This document shows positions 27,181 through 36,651 of a DNA stretch of 64,000 nt, one piece after another. Source of the DNA: an uncultured virus (IMG/VR IMGVR_UViG_3300022924_000206) (lineage: Duplodnaviria; Heunggongvirae; Uroviricota; Caudoviricetes); the IMG/VR virus record IMGVR_UViG_3300022924_000206; one strand, written 5' to 3'. The stretch's first letter is position 1, and every line of letters starts with the position of its first letter. The notes below the pieces were generated by a model. That model worked only from the letters and a program-made list of their open reading frames with translations, had not been told where the DNA came from and did no database searches. Both the position numbers and the translations under genes were made by a program.

Positions 27181-27906
27181 ATGGGTAAGATCACTTCTGT
27201 TTTACGGCGTAGCGGCGGAGGACCGGTTCCGGAAGGAGTCGGGGATAAACTGGCCGATGCCGTGAGGAATGCCTATTGGTGCACCTATCTCGTGGAGGGC
27301 TCCGGGGTCCAGCTCGGGGAGGCTCTCTCGGATTATTTGAATGAGCATGAGGCGCCCGGTGCTCACGAGCGCCATAAGGTCCTGGTGGTGGCACCACCCA
27401 TCGGAGCGAGAGATTATTCTCGTGGGCGGTTGCTCGATTTCAGTAATCTACGGGATGACCCATTCCATAGGAGTTCCTACAAGCAGTTGACTCGCACTAC
27501 CTCCTGGAACCGTCAGCGGGTGCTCTGGGAGATCGCGGTGTATGAGTTCGTAGCCGGCCTATTCTCCGGTGAGCCATGGGAACAGAAGCACCTCGGTGAT
27601 TATTGGCTGTTCAACCGTAAGCGCTTCGAGAAGATTCTCATGAGTGAGGACCTCACTCCGGTGCCCCAGGTCCCCGGGGTTGACAACGTGGATATTATCC
27701 CGCTAGTGGAACTCCACGAACTTGTTTTCGGTGAGTTGCACTATCGAGCTCTCGGGTATCGTCGCACCATGATTCAAGAGGTCGGTGATTTGACTCGCGA
27801 GCAGGTGTTCGAACTTTTGAATGAGCACTTTTCTCAGGATCGCTCTCGTGGTAATTTGGGTGTGGGTGGCTATATTCGTACTCGTTTTCCGGGGAACTTC
27901 TCGTGA
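27181..27906 (+). CDS. Hypothetical protein
   Basis: GAGG RBS; 241 aa. Confidence 0.6.
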   Translation: MGKITSVLRRSGGGPVPEGVGDKLADAVRNAYWCTYLVEGSGVQLGEALSDYLNEHEAPGAHERHKVLVVAPPIGARDYSRGRLLDFSNLRDDPFHRSSYKQLTRTTSWNRQRVLWEIAVYEFVAGLFSGEPWEQKHLGDYWLFNRKRFEKILMSEDLTPVPQVPGVDNVDIIPLVELHELVFGELHYRALGYRRTMIQEVGDLTREQVFELLNEHFSQDRSRGNLGVGGYIRTRFPGNFS

Positions 27907-28793
27907 GCACATGGTTCGGACTTGATTCGGAGATTGTTGAACCACTGGAGGAGCGCTATTTTACGGTGACAATTCCGGTCTATGGTTCACCGCCAAGTTT
28001 CTTCAATAAGATTTCCAACGGCAATGGGCTTTCGGAGCTCACCGAGCTGCGCCCCGAGCGCCTGGTGAAACAACTCGCCGCTTTGTCTACTAAGAGTGTT
28101 GTCCATGCCACGGCTGAGGAACTCATCGAATGGTTTCTTTTGAAGACCGCCTTAGGTCAAGCTCGCGGCTATTCTTTAGTGGCTAACGGTGTTGGGCTCT
28201 ATGAGTTCCGTCGAGGAAATTATGTTAGTGATTTGGAATCCAAAGCTAAGCGCATAGGAGTCGGCTTCGAGCTAGAGATCGGATATCCTTCGGTCCGAGC
28301 AGATGCGGAGGGGTTGATCGAGCGACGGATTGTTGCCTACGCCGGTACCGTTCATAGCGTTAGAGCTAATTTCATCACGGTGAAGTTGGGAAACGGAATC
28401 TATCGAAATTTCTCTTTAGCTAAAATGGCATGGTTCTCCGTGGTGAGTGAACGTGACTTAGAGCAGGGACATTTTCATCACGAGTTTATCAAGATCGGTT
28501 TGGCTCGCGGTGTTCGTGACCGCCTTCATATGAAAGTGACTGCTCTTACCGGAGACGATGCTTTAACCCACATCCGCTCTTTGGGTCATTTTGATCTCGA
28601 GGAGGATGAAAAGCTCGAGGCTTTGGCCGCCATTGCTCAGCGGGAACGGAAGGCTTGGTTGCTCATGGAGGAGCTTCGAGAGTCTTTAACTAATGGGATG
28701 AGTGAACTGGGCATGGAGGCTAATGATGAGTTCACTAAGCTAGATTCTCATTTGGTTAGGTTACGTGATTCCTACGGGAATAGCAAAGATTAA
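27903..28793 (+). CDS. Divergent WYL-like domain protein
   Basis: LEIGY...GTVHSV...GIYRNFSLAKM. Confidence 0.45.
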   Translation: MSTWFGLDSEIVEPLEERYFTVTIPVYGSPPSFFNKISNGNGLSELTELRPERLVKQLAALSTKSVVHATAEELIEWFLLKTALGQARGYSLVANGVGLYEFRRGNYVSDLESKAKRIGVGFELEIGYPSVRADAEGLIERRIVAYAGTVHSVRANFITVKLGNGIYRNFSLAKMAWFSVVSERDLEQGHFHHEFIKIGLARGVRDRLHMKVTALTGDDALTHIRSLGHFDLEEDEKLEALAAIAQRERKAWLLMEELRESLTNGMSELGMEANDEFTKLDSHLVRLRDSYGNSKD

Positions 28794-28907
28794 AAGTTTG
28801 AACGGTTTATGAAATACTATGGCTACGCTAGTTATAGTTCATTGTGTTCTCGTTTCGACTTGCTGCTTAACCTAAGCGGCTCACGAGGACACAGATTGAG
28901 AGTAACT

Positions 28908-29219
28908 ATGGGTTCACCCCGTCCGCAGCCTGAAGTAGCGAAGTCAGTGTATGGTGGCGACTCGATTATGACGCTGATCTCACTCACTGTCGGTGTGATA
29001 CTCCTGGTCACAGGTATAGTAACTATGCCAGCCCTTGTAAAGAACGCCAAGGCAACTGAGGTGTCCTCTTACGTTTCCGATACCTATCATGTAACCCTCA
29101 AACCTACCGAGCTCGATGCTCTTGTGGATGGACAGGTTGTGACCGTGGCTGGTAAAAGTTTGAAGCTCTCTGGGAACAATGATCGCAATGCTCCCCCACT
29201 AATAGAAGTGTATCGTTAA
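28908..29219 (+). CDS. Single-pass membrane protein
   Basis: Hydrophobic LISLTVGVILLVTGIV; start uncertain. Confidence 0.5.
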   Translation: MGSPRPQPEVAKSVYGGDSIMTLISLTVGVILLVTGIVTMPALVKNAKATEVSSYVSDTYHVTLKPTELDALVDGQVVTVAGKSLKLSGNNDRNAPPLIEVYR

Positions 29220-29226
29220 GGTAACT

Positions 29227-29421
29227 ATGTCTTTGAAGAAATTGACCGTGCTAGCCGGAATCCTTGGGTTCGTCGCTGGCCTCCTGCTAAATGATTTTGT
29301 TTTGCTCCCAGCTATCGGTTGGGGAGTGGCTGGATTTCTCGGATTCGGCATCGTGATCGCCGTTGTGAGCAGCATTCGTGAGAGAATAGCTAAAAGAAAA
29401 ACCTCAGTTTCTGCAAAGTAA
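29227..29421 (+). CDS. Small membrane protein (2 TM)
   Basis: Two hydrophobic helices and a basic tail. Confidence 0.6.
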   Translation: MSLKKLTVLAGILGFVAGLLLNDFVLLPAIGWGVAGFLGFGIVIAVVSSIRERIAKRKTSVSAK

Positions 29422-29461
29422 ACTGTCAGACCTCATTGGTTGTTTGACACCGTTTGAGCGG

Positions 29462-29548
29462 CGCCAGGATTGAGTCTAAGCGGGCTTCGGCCTTCTTTCG
29501 TAACGTTGTGTGGGTTGTCTGGACTTTAGTAGAAACGACGAGCTATCG
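29462..29548. repeat. ~87-bp inverted-arm intergenic element, copy 2
   Basis: CGCCAGGATTGAGTCTAAGCGGG ... GTAACGTTGTGTGG ... TAGAAACGACGAGCTATCG. Confidence 0.6.
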
Positions 29549-29581
29549 AAGGTCATCCTAGCGGAGCTTTAGGTATCATAT

Positions 29582-29704
29582 ATTGAGCTTCACTGAAGGC
29601 TCAATGTTCGCTATCCCCGCACGGATTGATTTGCATGAAGGTTCAACGAATCTCAGTGGTTGTTTTTACTGTTTAGGTTGTTCACCTTTCTTTTGCATGT
29701 GCGG
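29582..29704 (+). ncRNA. Putative structured 5' leader RNA, copy A
   Basis: Hairpin ATTGAGC/GCTCAAT, then CCGCAC/GTGCGG enclosing AAGGTTCA..GAATC...GTTG..CACCTT; a similar layout occurs upstream of 34887(-). Confidence 0.45.
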
Positions 29705-29732
29705 ATGCAGCTATTAAAGAATGGATTTGAAA

Positions 29733-30560
29733 ATGACTGAAAACAATTCCCTCAAGAAGATCGTTCGAGCTCGCATGGCTATCCTCGGCGAAAATTACAC
29801 CACGGCTAAGGTAAATCTTTACAATGGTGAGCCGCAAACACTTAGAGCACTTTTTGGTGAGAGTGGGCTAGCGCAGCTTCAATCCTCAGCGCTCAAGGAT
29901 AATCCCGGTTTGATTGTAGTTTGTGGTAAATCGGGGGCGGGTAAAACCTCTACGGTTGCCTCATTGATCCGACACTATGAAGAGGCAGGAGCTACAGCCC
30001 ATGCCCGAACAGTGATTCTAGAAAATGATTTAGAGCTTGCCCCGCTCGTTAACGGGAGTGGTGAACAGTTACCTTTGACATCAATGGTTCCTAAAGGGGA
30101 TGTGACACTGGAACAGCTGCTCCGTGCAGCCCTTAGGACGCGGCCCGATCTCATCGTTGTGGGCGAAATTCGTTCCGCATCTGTTCTTCAGCCTTTCATT
30201 CGCTCACTAAGCAGCGGCTATAGCGGGATCACCACTTTACATGGGAACGGACTTCGTCAAATCTTCGGAAGATTATCGGCGCTAAGTTCTTCTAAGGAAT
30301 CTACTCATGGACTAATCGACTCGCTAGCGGTTATTGTGGAACAGAGTAGGATCTCGGTGGATAATGACTCAGTTGTACTCACCGCCGTAATTCCCATGGG
30401 AGACGAGCTTCGTAAACTCGCTAAAACCGGGGCCACCGATGAACAATACCAGCTCACATTGGAATCCCTAGGTATCGAATCGTTAGCTATGAAGCTAGCG
30501 ACCCTCCAGGCAGCCGGTCTCGTTAAATCAGTTGAGGGAAAACTTATTTACATGAGCTGA
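29733..30560 (+). CDS. T2SS/T4P/T4SS-family (GspE/PilT-like) ATPase with N-terminal K..R.RMA..GE.Y peptide
   Basis: GKSGAGKTS, ILENDLEL, ALRTRPDLIVVGEIR, TTLH. Confidence 0.75.
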   Translation: MTENNSLKKIVRARMAILGENYTTAKVNLYNGEPQTLRALFGESGLAQLQSSALKDNPGLIVVCGKSGAGKTSTVASLIRHYEEAGATAHARTVILENDLELAPLVNGSGEQLPLTSMVPKGDVTLEQLLRAALRTRPDLIVVGEIRSASVLQPFIRSLSSGYSGITTLHGNGLRQIFGRLSALSSSKESTHGLIDSLAVIVEQSRISVDNDSVVLTAVIPMGDELRKLAKTGATDEQYQLTLESLGIESLAMKLATLQAAGLVKSVEGKLIYMS

Positions 30561-30602
30561 GTCTCTATTCTCGGGTACAATGAATTGTAGATAGGAGTCC
30601 CC

Positions 30603-30992
30603 ATGAAAACTTTTCAGGTTGAGCTGCCAAATATTTTTGCTGAACATTTGAACTCGTTGGAGACCCTCGAGGCTCATCGAGCAGTGCTCAACGGTGGGAG
30701 TAGAGACGGCTCCTACGAGCTCGAAGACGACAAGATTATCCATGTGACCTACCGTTCAGCCTACGGAGATTCCGTAGATGAGTTTCGGAGGCCTTTAGTC
30801 GGGCTCGATACCTGGGTTGTTTGGAGCTCATCGAAACCGAGAGGCTTTCACTACGTGACCGGCTTAGGGGCTATGTTCCTGGCTGAGTCAGTACCTAATG
30901 AGCTTTTAGCTGATCTACTTCCGGTGATTGCTGTTCCTGGGCCACCTAAAGTTCGTGAGCGTGTTCATTCGACGGATGAGACCCTCTGGTGA
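30603..30992 (+). CDS. Hypothetical protein
   Basis: AGGAG RBS. Confidence 0.6.
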   Translation: MKTFQVELPNIFAEHLNSLETLEAHRAVLNGGSRDGSYELEDDKIIHVTYRSAYGDSVDEFRRPLVGLDTWVVWSSSKPRGFHYVTGLGAMFLAESVPNELLADLLPVIAVPGPPKVRERVHSTDETLW

Positions 30993-31001
30993 GTTTCCTA
31001 A

Positions 31002-31772
31002 ATGGCTAAGTTTCGCGGAGCAGTGGTAAAGAGTATCTCCTCCGAGGTTGGTGTTGAATCTCGCGGCCATGGTTCCTCTATGCAAGCATCTTTCAAAGGG
31101 CGTTTAGAGGAGGTTGAGCATCATAGTCTTTTACTTGGCCGGGTCTCATTGGATAGAGCCTTCGGGGTAAGAGATTTCATACATAGCGCTTTGAATAATC
31201 GTAAGGAGCGCTCTCGTTTTCAATTGTCGCCGAAGAATGTGCTCCAACGTCCTGCGGTGACCATACCTCAAGCTGTTCTAGCTGAAGCATTTGGACTATT
31301 TCAAGTGAGCTATGTGAGTGATCAGTTCCCTCGGCGAGGTATCGTGGGAGTGGATGAGCTCACTAGTGAACTTCGGGTTGGCGTTGAAGAGGCCTGGGGC
31401 ACCGAGCTTGGTAAAACCGGAGCCATTGATTTTGCCAGCACTAATAATGTGCCGTTGATGATCGGTTATGAGCCGCAGGATAGACCGCTGGTTGTTCGAG
31501 AATTTTTGATAGAGCGAACGGATCCATTAGCTTTGATGGCTCGGCATAGCTACGGCGTCCGAAGGTATTTGAGAGAACGTATTCGTTGGGCTGCTCCCAT
31601 TGGTAAACATCCCGAGGCCGTTGTGCCTGAGCTGGCTTTACGCTTCACTTTTGAGAGCAAAATCTCTCTTGTCCAGGTCACTATTTCAGTTTGCGAAAAT
31701 CTTGGAAGCGGTAAATTCGGCCCTCCTATGAGAAAGCCGATGAGTCTTTCAATGGTGAGGACTTTAGGTTAA
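31002..31772 (+). CDS. Divergent WYL-like domain protein
   Basis: AIDFA...PLMIGY...VREFLI...ARHSYGVRRYLRERI. Confidence 0.5.
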   Translation: MAKFRGAVVKSISSEVGVESRGHGSSMQASFKGRLEEVEHHSLLLGRVSLDRAFGVRDFIHSALNNRKERSRFQLSPKNVLQRPAVTIPQAVLAEAFGLFQVSYVSDQFPRRGIVGVDELTSELRVGVEEAWGTELGKTGAIDFASTNNVPLMIGYEPQDRPLVVREFLIERTDPLALMARHSYGVRRYLRERIRWAAPIGKHPEAVVPELALRFTFESKISLVQVTISVCENLGSGKFGPPMRKPMSLSMVRTLG

Positions 31773-31773
31773 G

Positions 31774-31826
31774 CTTAAATGAGTGAGCCCGCAACTTTTA
31801 TTTGGTTGCGGGCTCACTCATTTAAG
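31774..31826. terminator. Bidirectional terminator
   Basis: CTTAAATGAGTGAGCCCGCAAC ... GTTGCGGGCTCACTCATTTAAG. Confidence 0.8.
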
Positions 31827-32216
31827 TTACCGAGTTGCCGCTGATGGCCAATTACAGTCCGGAGCCACCACGCCGCCGGAGTACTTGGACCCCACACACA
31901 CGACCGTATAGCCATCCTTGGTTGTCACCGTGTAGCTCAGCAGGCTACCGGGATTGAGGCTAGCCGGCTCCGCTGTGAAAATATTGTCCCAGTTACAGTC
32001 GGGAATGACGGAGCCTCCACTGTACTTTGAACCAATACATTCCACGGCTTCACCGTTGGAGAGGCCAACAGTGTAAGAGACCAGAGTATCGGTGGTCTGT
32101 TCGGGGACCACTACCTCTGGTACCGATTCATTTTCGAGGGACGGAGGTGACGCACAGGCGATAAGTGCGATTGCCAGAGCCATCACGGTCATTGAGCTTG
32201 CGAGGATATTCTTCAT
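31827..32216 (-). CDS. Lipoprotein with two internal Cys-containing repeats
   Basis: Lipobox LIAC; CIGSKYSGGSVIPDCNW / CVGSKYSGGVVAPDCNW. Confidence 0.7.
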   Translation of the reverse strand: MKNILASSMTVMALAIALIACASPPSLENESVPEVVVPEQTTDTLVSYTVGLSNGEAVECIGSKYSGGSVIPDCNWDNIFTAEPASLNPGSLLSYTVTTKDGYTVVCVGSKYSGGVVAPDCNWPSAATR

Positions 32217-32408
32217 GGGTTAATTATACATGAACTAATGCACCCTTGTATATAAGGTGGTGAGGTCATTATTACGTGAGTAATTCGCAAGTAATTTGGT
32301 AGGATTGCTTTCGACCGACAAAGTTGGTGTCACTTTAGGCAGGTTTGTAACAGTTCTTGTTACTGTGTTGTCAAAACTGACACTCGATTTAGTGAAAGAG
32401 AATAAACC

Positions 32409-32624
32409 ATGACTGAAGCGCGTTTATCCTATTACGAGGAGCTCATCCGAGCTTTAGAGATTTTCCGCACTTACGGAGGTGACGAGTTCATGTCAGCCTC
32501 CCATGACATCGTTTACGCGGGTCCGGAACCTAAACGTGTTTCAGCGGAGCACCTTGTTGAATTGGAAGAACTCGGTTGGCACCCGGATGGTGACACTGAA
32601 AGCTCGTTCTACCATTTCGTTTGA
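32409..32624 (+). CDS. Small phage-like hypothetical protein
   Basis: 71 aa; AG-rich RBS. Confidence 0.6.
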   Translation: MTEARLSYYEELIRALEIFRTYGGDEFMSASHDIVYAGPEPKRVSAEHLVELEELGWHPDGDTESSFYHFV

Positions 32625-32697
32625 TGCACGATCTCGGTGAGTTAGATCATTGATATTTTGATTAATGTAAGTGAACTAAAATCAAGGATACTTGTCG

Positions 32698-33111
32698 ATG
32701 AAAAAGATTCAAAAAAGATTCGCTAAAAGAGACGAGCGAGGGTTCACTCTCATCGAACTTGTAATAGTTGTTGCACTCATCGGTATTCTCACCGCCATCG
32801 CAATTCCCGCCTACGGAGCCATTCAACATACTGCTCGCGTGAATGCTGTAGAGCTAGCTGCTTCAAAGGCCTATACTGCCGGATTGGTTACCATAGCTAA
32901 CGATGAACCTTTCCTCAACACTGCAGGTCAAGTTATCCCCGATTGCCATAGTGGGGTTGTGAGTGAACCGGCTGTAGGTGACGCCGGCCCCATTGTGGTG
33001 GCGCAGCCCAACGGAGAGACACTGTTTCTTTACGCTAGGTGGATTTACGCAGACGGAACTGAGGCCGAAGGTACTGACACTAACAAACCAAATGATCAGA
33101 ATAACTGCTGA
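32698..33111 (+). CDS. Type IV pilin / prepilin-type N-terminal methylation domain protein
   Basis: Class III signal ERG|FTLIELVIVVALIGILTAIAIP. Confidence 0.9.
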   Translation: MKKIQKRFAKRDERGFTLIELVIVVALIGILTAIAIPAYGAIQHTARVNAVELAASKAYTAGLVTIANDEPFLNTAGQVIPDCHSGVVSEPAVGDAGPIVVAQPNGETLFLYARWIYADGTEAEGTDTNKPNDQNNC

Positions 33112-33148
33112 GGAGATTTCTCGTGATTCCATGTGATATAATCGTTTC

Positions 33149-33290
33149 ATGGATACTCCTCGCATGCTCGTAGAGCGTGAGTTTAGCAACCCGACCGTTT
33201 CAGCGGTTCGGGTACTTTAAGCACGGGTTGAGTACAAGAACATAACGGTCGGGATACTACCTATCCTTTGAACCCGGCATCTTCGTAAAG
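33149..33290 (+). promoter_or_regulatory. Putative leaderless leader peptide (33149-33220, 23 aa) plus alternative-hairpin attenuator
   Basis: TGnTATAAT 6 nt before ATG; CCCGACCGTT can pair with either CGGTTCGGGT or AACGGTCGGG. Confidence 0.5.
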
Positions 33291-34433
33291 GTGTCTGTTA
33301 TGTCTAATCCAATTATTCCTATCTCTTCAATTGAGCTTCAGCGAGCGCTGGCTCTTCGTGACCTGAGTGACCCTAGTCAAGGTGCTCACGGTATTCAACT
33401 AATCCTCAATGAGCTCACCGTGGGGATTGCCGATAAGATTCAAACGTCTCTCCGAGTGGAGCGCCCTCACCCTGTGGTTACGGTGGAAAGTAACTACGAT
33501 GCTTTACTAATTCCTGAGGGGGTTGCGACTCGGGAGGCTCGTTATACTCGCTATGTGAACGAAACTCACATGCTACGCTCCCACACCTCAGCTGCGCTTC
33601 CTCCGCTGTTGAAAAAGTACGCTGAGCTCGAATCATCGGTGGATGTGCTTTTGGCGGTGCCGGGGCTTGTGTATCGCCGAGATCAGGTTGATCGAACCCA
33701 TGTGGGTGAACCGCATCAATTGGATCTTTGGCGTTTGTCATCCAACAAAGACCTAACCGGTGAGAGACTTCTGGAGCTCATGGGCTCGGTAGCTCATGCG
33801 GTGCTCCCATCGGCCGAGTGGAGAACGATTCCTGCTGTTCATCCGTACACGGTGGAGGGGCTCCAGTTGGAAGTACGTCTCCACGGTGAATGGTTAGAGC
33901 TCGGGGAGGGAGGTTTGATTCATCCTCAGCTCATGAGAGCGGCAGGACTTCCGGATACCTACAGTGGGTTAGCCATGGGCCTGGGTCTAGATAGAGCACT
34001 GATGCTTCGAAAAGGCTTGACGGATATTCGCTACCTACGTTCAAGCGTTCCAGCGGTAATGGAACAATTGAATACTTTAGAGCCCTGGATTCCTGTGAGT
34101 CAACAGCCGGCCGCTAAACGAGATGTGAGTATCGCTCGGAATGATCTTTTAGATGACGAGATTCTTGGGGATTTGTGCCGCCAGGCTCTTGGCGATGATT
34201 CCTCTTTGTTGGAGGAGGCGGTCATAGTTTCCACCGCAACCCACGAAGAGCTCCCGAAAGCCGCCCATGAGCGCTTGGGTATGACAACGGAACAAACTAA
34301 TGTTCTTATCCGCTTGACACTTCGCTCGCTAGAGCACACCCTCACCGCGGAAGAGACTAACGAGCTTCGTGATCGGATCTATCTAAGTATCCATCAGGGA
34401 AGCAATATCTCAGAGCTTACCGTTACTAAATAA
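33291..34433 (+). CDS. Monomeric PheS-like class II ligase with FDX-ACB domain (resembles the SrmL-type 'PheS-related' family)
   Basis: LRSHTSA, motif 2 VYRRDQVDRTH...HQLD, HPYT, ELGEGG, motif 3 GLAMGLGLDR, DIRYL; C-terminal RDVS...RSLEHTLT.EE. Confidence 0.8.
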   Translation: MSVMSNPIIPISSIELQRALALRDLSDPSQGAHGIQLILNELTVGIADKIQTSLRVERPHPVVTVESNYDALLIPEGVATREARYTRYVNETHMLRSHTSAALPPLLKKYAELESSVDVLLAVPGLVYRRDQVDRTHVGEPHQLDLWRLSSNKDLTGERLLELMGSVAHAVLPSAEWRTIPAVHPYTVEGLQLEVRLHGEWLELGEGGLIHPQLMRAAGLPDTYSGLAMGLGLDRALMLRKGLTDIRYLRSSVPAVMEQLNTLEPWIPVSQQPAAKRDVSIARNDLLDDEILGDLCRQALGDDSSLLEEAVIVSTATHEELPKAAHERLGMTTEQTNVLIRLTLRSLEHTLTAEETNELRDRIYLSIHQGSNISELTVTK

Positions 34434-34435
34434 GT

Positions 34436-34474
34436 AATGAGGCTGAGCGAGGTAAGTTATCGCTCAGCCTCATT
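34436..34474. terminator. Hairpin terminator between convergent genes
   Basis: AATGAGGCTGAGCGA...TCGCTCAGCCTCATT. Confidence 0.75.
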
Positions 34475-34479
34475 GCTTT

Positions 34480-34887
34480 TTAGCTGAAGTGAATTCCGGT
34501 GAAGAGGTCCTGACGAGCATATTCTGATCCGTGTTGCGTTTTATTTCTTAGCACCGCGTCATCATGAGGGTATTCCGCGAAGAGCGGGCGCCAGAACCAA
34601 TCGTAGCGCACATCCGCTTTTGAATCGGCGAGCACCTCAAGAGATTCGGGAAGCCAATCATCATCACCTTGGTAGTACCCTTCGAGGGTGGTTTTTATAG
34701 CTGCACGAGCTTTCTCGATGTCGATGGTTCCTTCCACGAACCAAGCGTCACCGTCTTCACCAAGATCAATAACATTGATCGGAGTTTCAGTGAATTGTCT
34801 GTGATTACGTGCAGCTACAGAGTACGGTTCTTCTGTGATAGCCATGCGCTCGCGAATAGCTTTTTTAGTGGCATTGTCTTTAGTCAT
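34480..34887 (-). CDS. Hypothetical protein with N-terminal K..R.RMA...E.Y peptide
   Basis: MTKDNATKKAIRERMAITEEPYSVAAR, similar to the N-terminus of 29733. Confidence 0.7.
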   Translation of the reverse strand: MTKDNATKKAIRERMAITEEPYSVAARNHRQFTETPINVIDLGEDGDAWFVEGTIDIEKARAAIKTTLEGYYQGDDDWLPESLEVLADSKADVRYDWFWRPLFAEYPHDDAVLRNKTQHGSEYARQDLFTGIHFS

Positions 34888-34906
34888 GAGTTGCTTCCTG
34901 TAAATT

Positions 34907-35031
34907 ACCCACAGTCATTTACTTTGTTCTAAGGTGCAACATGGAAAGTAATCAGGATTCAATGAACCTTGCTCTAATGGTTTTCACTCTGTGGGTGTGT
35001 CAACCTAGACGGGCCGCTGTCTCAGCCGTGA
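34907..35031 (-). ncRNA. Putative structured 5' leader RNA, copy B
   Basis: On the minus strand ACCCACAG/CTGTGGGT encloses AAGGTTCA..GAATC...GTTGCACCTT. Confidence 0.45.
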
Positions 35032-35259
35032 TTGTTATATCACAGGAGGTAATCAACTCAACATGAAGGGTGAACTGGCTCGTAGTGAGGACAGTTGAAG
35101 TAATGGTATATGACCGAATTGAGTGCAGATGCTTGACACTGTGAACACATATTTATTCCTTTTTTAGCTACGCTGCTAGTGGTGGAGCCTTCCTATAGAT
35201 TATTTCTATCATAATTTGCGATTATTGATGTCTAATGGTTAATGATGTAGAATACACTT

Positions 35260-35655
35260 ATGCCTTCTTACACAGTAGATCCGTTTATCTTGCTAAGTGA
35301 GCTCGGTTCCTCTGCTGCTGAGTTGAATGACTCTTTTCTTCCCGGCCTTTCAGTGCAATTTTCGAGACCGGTTGAGTTCGAGGACTATGCTTTGCTTGGA
35401 TTTGAATATTCATTCTCCATGCTTGCACAAGCGAATAAGAGCTGGAGTGAGATTGACGAGGACGGTAACCCGAGCCTTGTGTTTACTGGTGATGTGTCAA
35501 CCTATGTGGTAGGCACCGTAATCGAATTTTTTGAAAACGAACTAGGCCTGTTTGTGCGGTTCGAGGAGTGGTTCAAGACTCCGCAGGGCGAGGTGGTTTC
35601 CAACTGCTGGAAGCTTCCGTCGGAGACTAAGTTTTATTTGAGCGAAGAGGAATGA
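35260..35655 (+). CDS. Hypothetical protein
   Basis: TAGAAT -10 shortly before ATG (leaderless-like). Confidence 0.6.
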   Translation: MPSYTVDPFILLSELGSSAAELNDSFLPGLSVQFSRPVEFEDYALLGFEYSFSMLAQANKSWSEIDEDGNPSLVFTGDVSTYVVGTVIEFFENELGLFVRFEEWFKTPQGEVVSNCWKLPSETKFYLSEEE

Positions 35656-35658
35656 TCT

Positions 35659-36573
35659 ATGAGCGTTTTACCGGATGATAACCAAGCTAGACGCTATGCT
35701 GAAGCTATCGGAGGACATCGTGGTCCTGCTATCCCAGCTGCAGAACTTTTGAAGATCTACGAGCTCTTCGGTGGGCTCGATTCTTTCAAAGAGCTAAATC
35801 TTAGCCACGGTTGGAGATATCTTCGTCGCGAGCTCACCGGTGCGGTAAACTTTCCCGTTGAGAAATACCGAGAGCTTGTCAATAGCATTACAAAGTTCTC
35901 TCGTGATGATGTGAAGGATTTTGCTTCAAGCCCTCACTCCGTTGGCGATTGGGTCACCTTCGAACGTCTTTGGTCATCTTTCAAAGATTCGTTTATCTGG
36001 GGACTATCTCATGCGGAAACTTTCGCTCTAGTAAGGCACCCAAAATGGGCTAATAGTTTTTCCGAAGAATTACCCATGGTTCACCATGACAATTGCCTCG
36101 CGGGCCAAGGACAGAATCACTACTGGTGTTATAAGCCGGTAATCACTCATGGAGATAAGCTTAGAGAGTTCTACAAAGAATTCAAAGCTGAGTATGAAGC
36201 TCGATTTGATCCGGATGTGCTAGCTACCATTCGAGGAGAGGTTCTTTCCCTCACCGAGCGTAGTCGAGAAACCTACGCTAAAAGCGTGCTGGTCTCAGAT
36301 ATTCATTGGGAAACTCTATTGACGGGTAAACGACCTATATTGAACGCGGTCTCTCAGAATAGATTGCTTCCGGAGGAGTTCGCCTACGAGATCATCAAGG
36401 CTCACAAGACCGGCTCTCTTCGAATTGACATCGCTCGCAATGCTGGAAGTAAAGAGCTCCTGGAATATATCTGGGCTGGCACTACCTCTAAGGATATTCG
36501 CTCCGCCGTGGCTGGTAATGCTCTCGCCGAGCGCTACGAGACCCATGCTGAGCTTCTCTCTCCTTGGGGATGA
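35659..36573 (+). CDS. Hypothetical protein with C-terminal helical repeats
   Basis: 304 aa; GAGG RBS. Confidence 0.6.
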   Translation: MSVLPDDNQARRYAEAIGGHRGPAIPAAELLKIYELFGGLDSFKELNLSHGWRYLRRELTGAVNFPVEKYRELVNSITKFSRDDVKDFASSPHSVGDWVTFERLWSSFKDSFIWGLSHAETFALVRHPKWANSFSEELPMVHHDNCLAGQGQNHYWCYKPVITHGDKLREFYKEFKAEYEARFDPDVLATIRGEVLSLTERSRETYAKSVLVSDIHWETLLTGKRPILNAVSQNRLLPEEFAYEIIKAHKTGSLRIDIARNAGSKELLEYIWAGTTSKDIRSAVAGNALAERYETHAELLSPWG

Positions 36574-36651
36574 TTTCATATAGTTGTTGTGCTGGCTCCC
36601 TAGTCGTGTTACGATTAATATAAGCTTCACTAACCTAAAGGAAAATCCATT

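Noticed and set aside
33149..33290. T-box leader for the PheS-like gene
   Set aside because: No T-box consensus (AAGGTGGTACC-like) or stem I motifs seen; treated as a uORF attenuator instead
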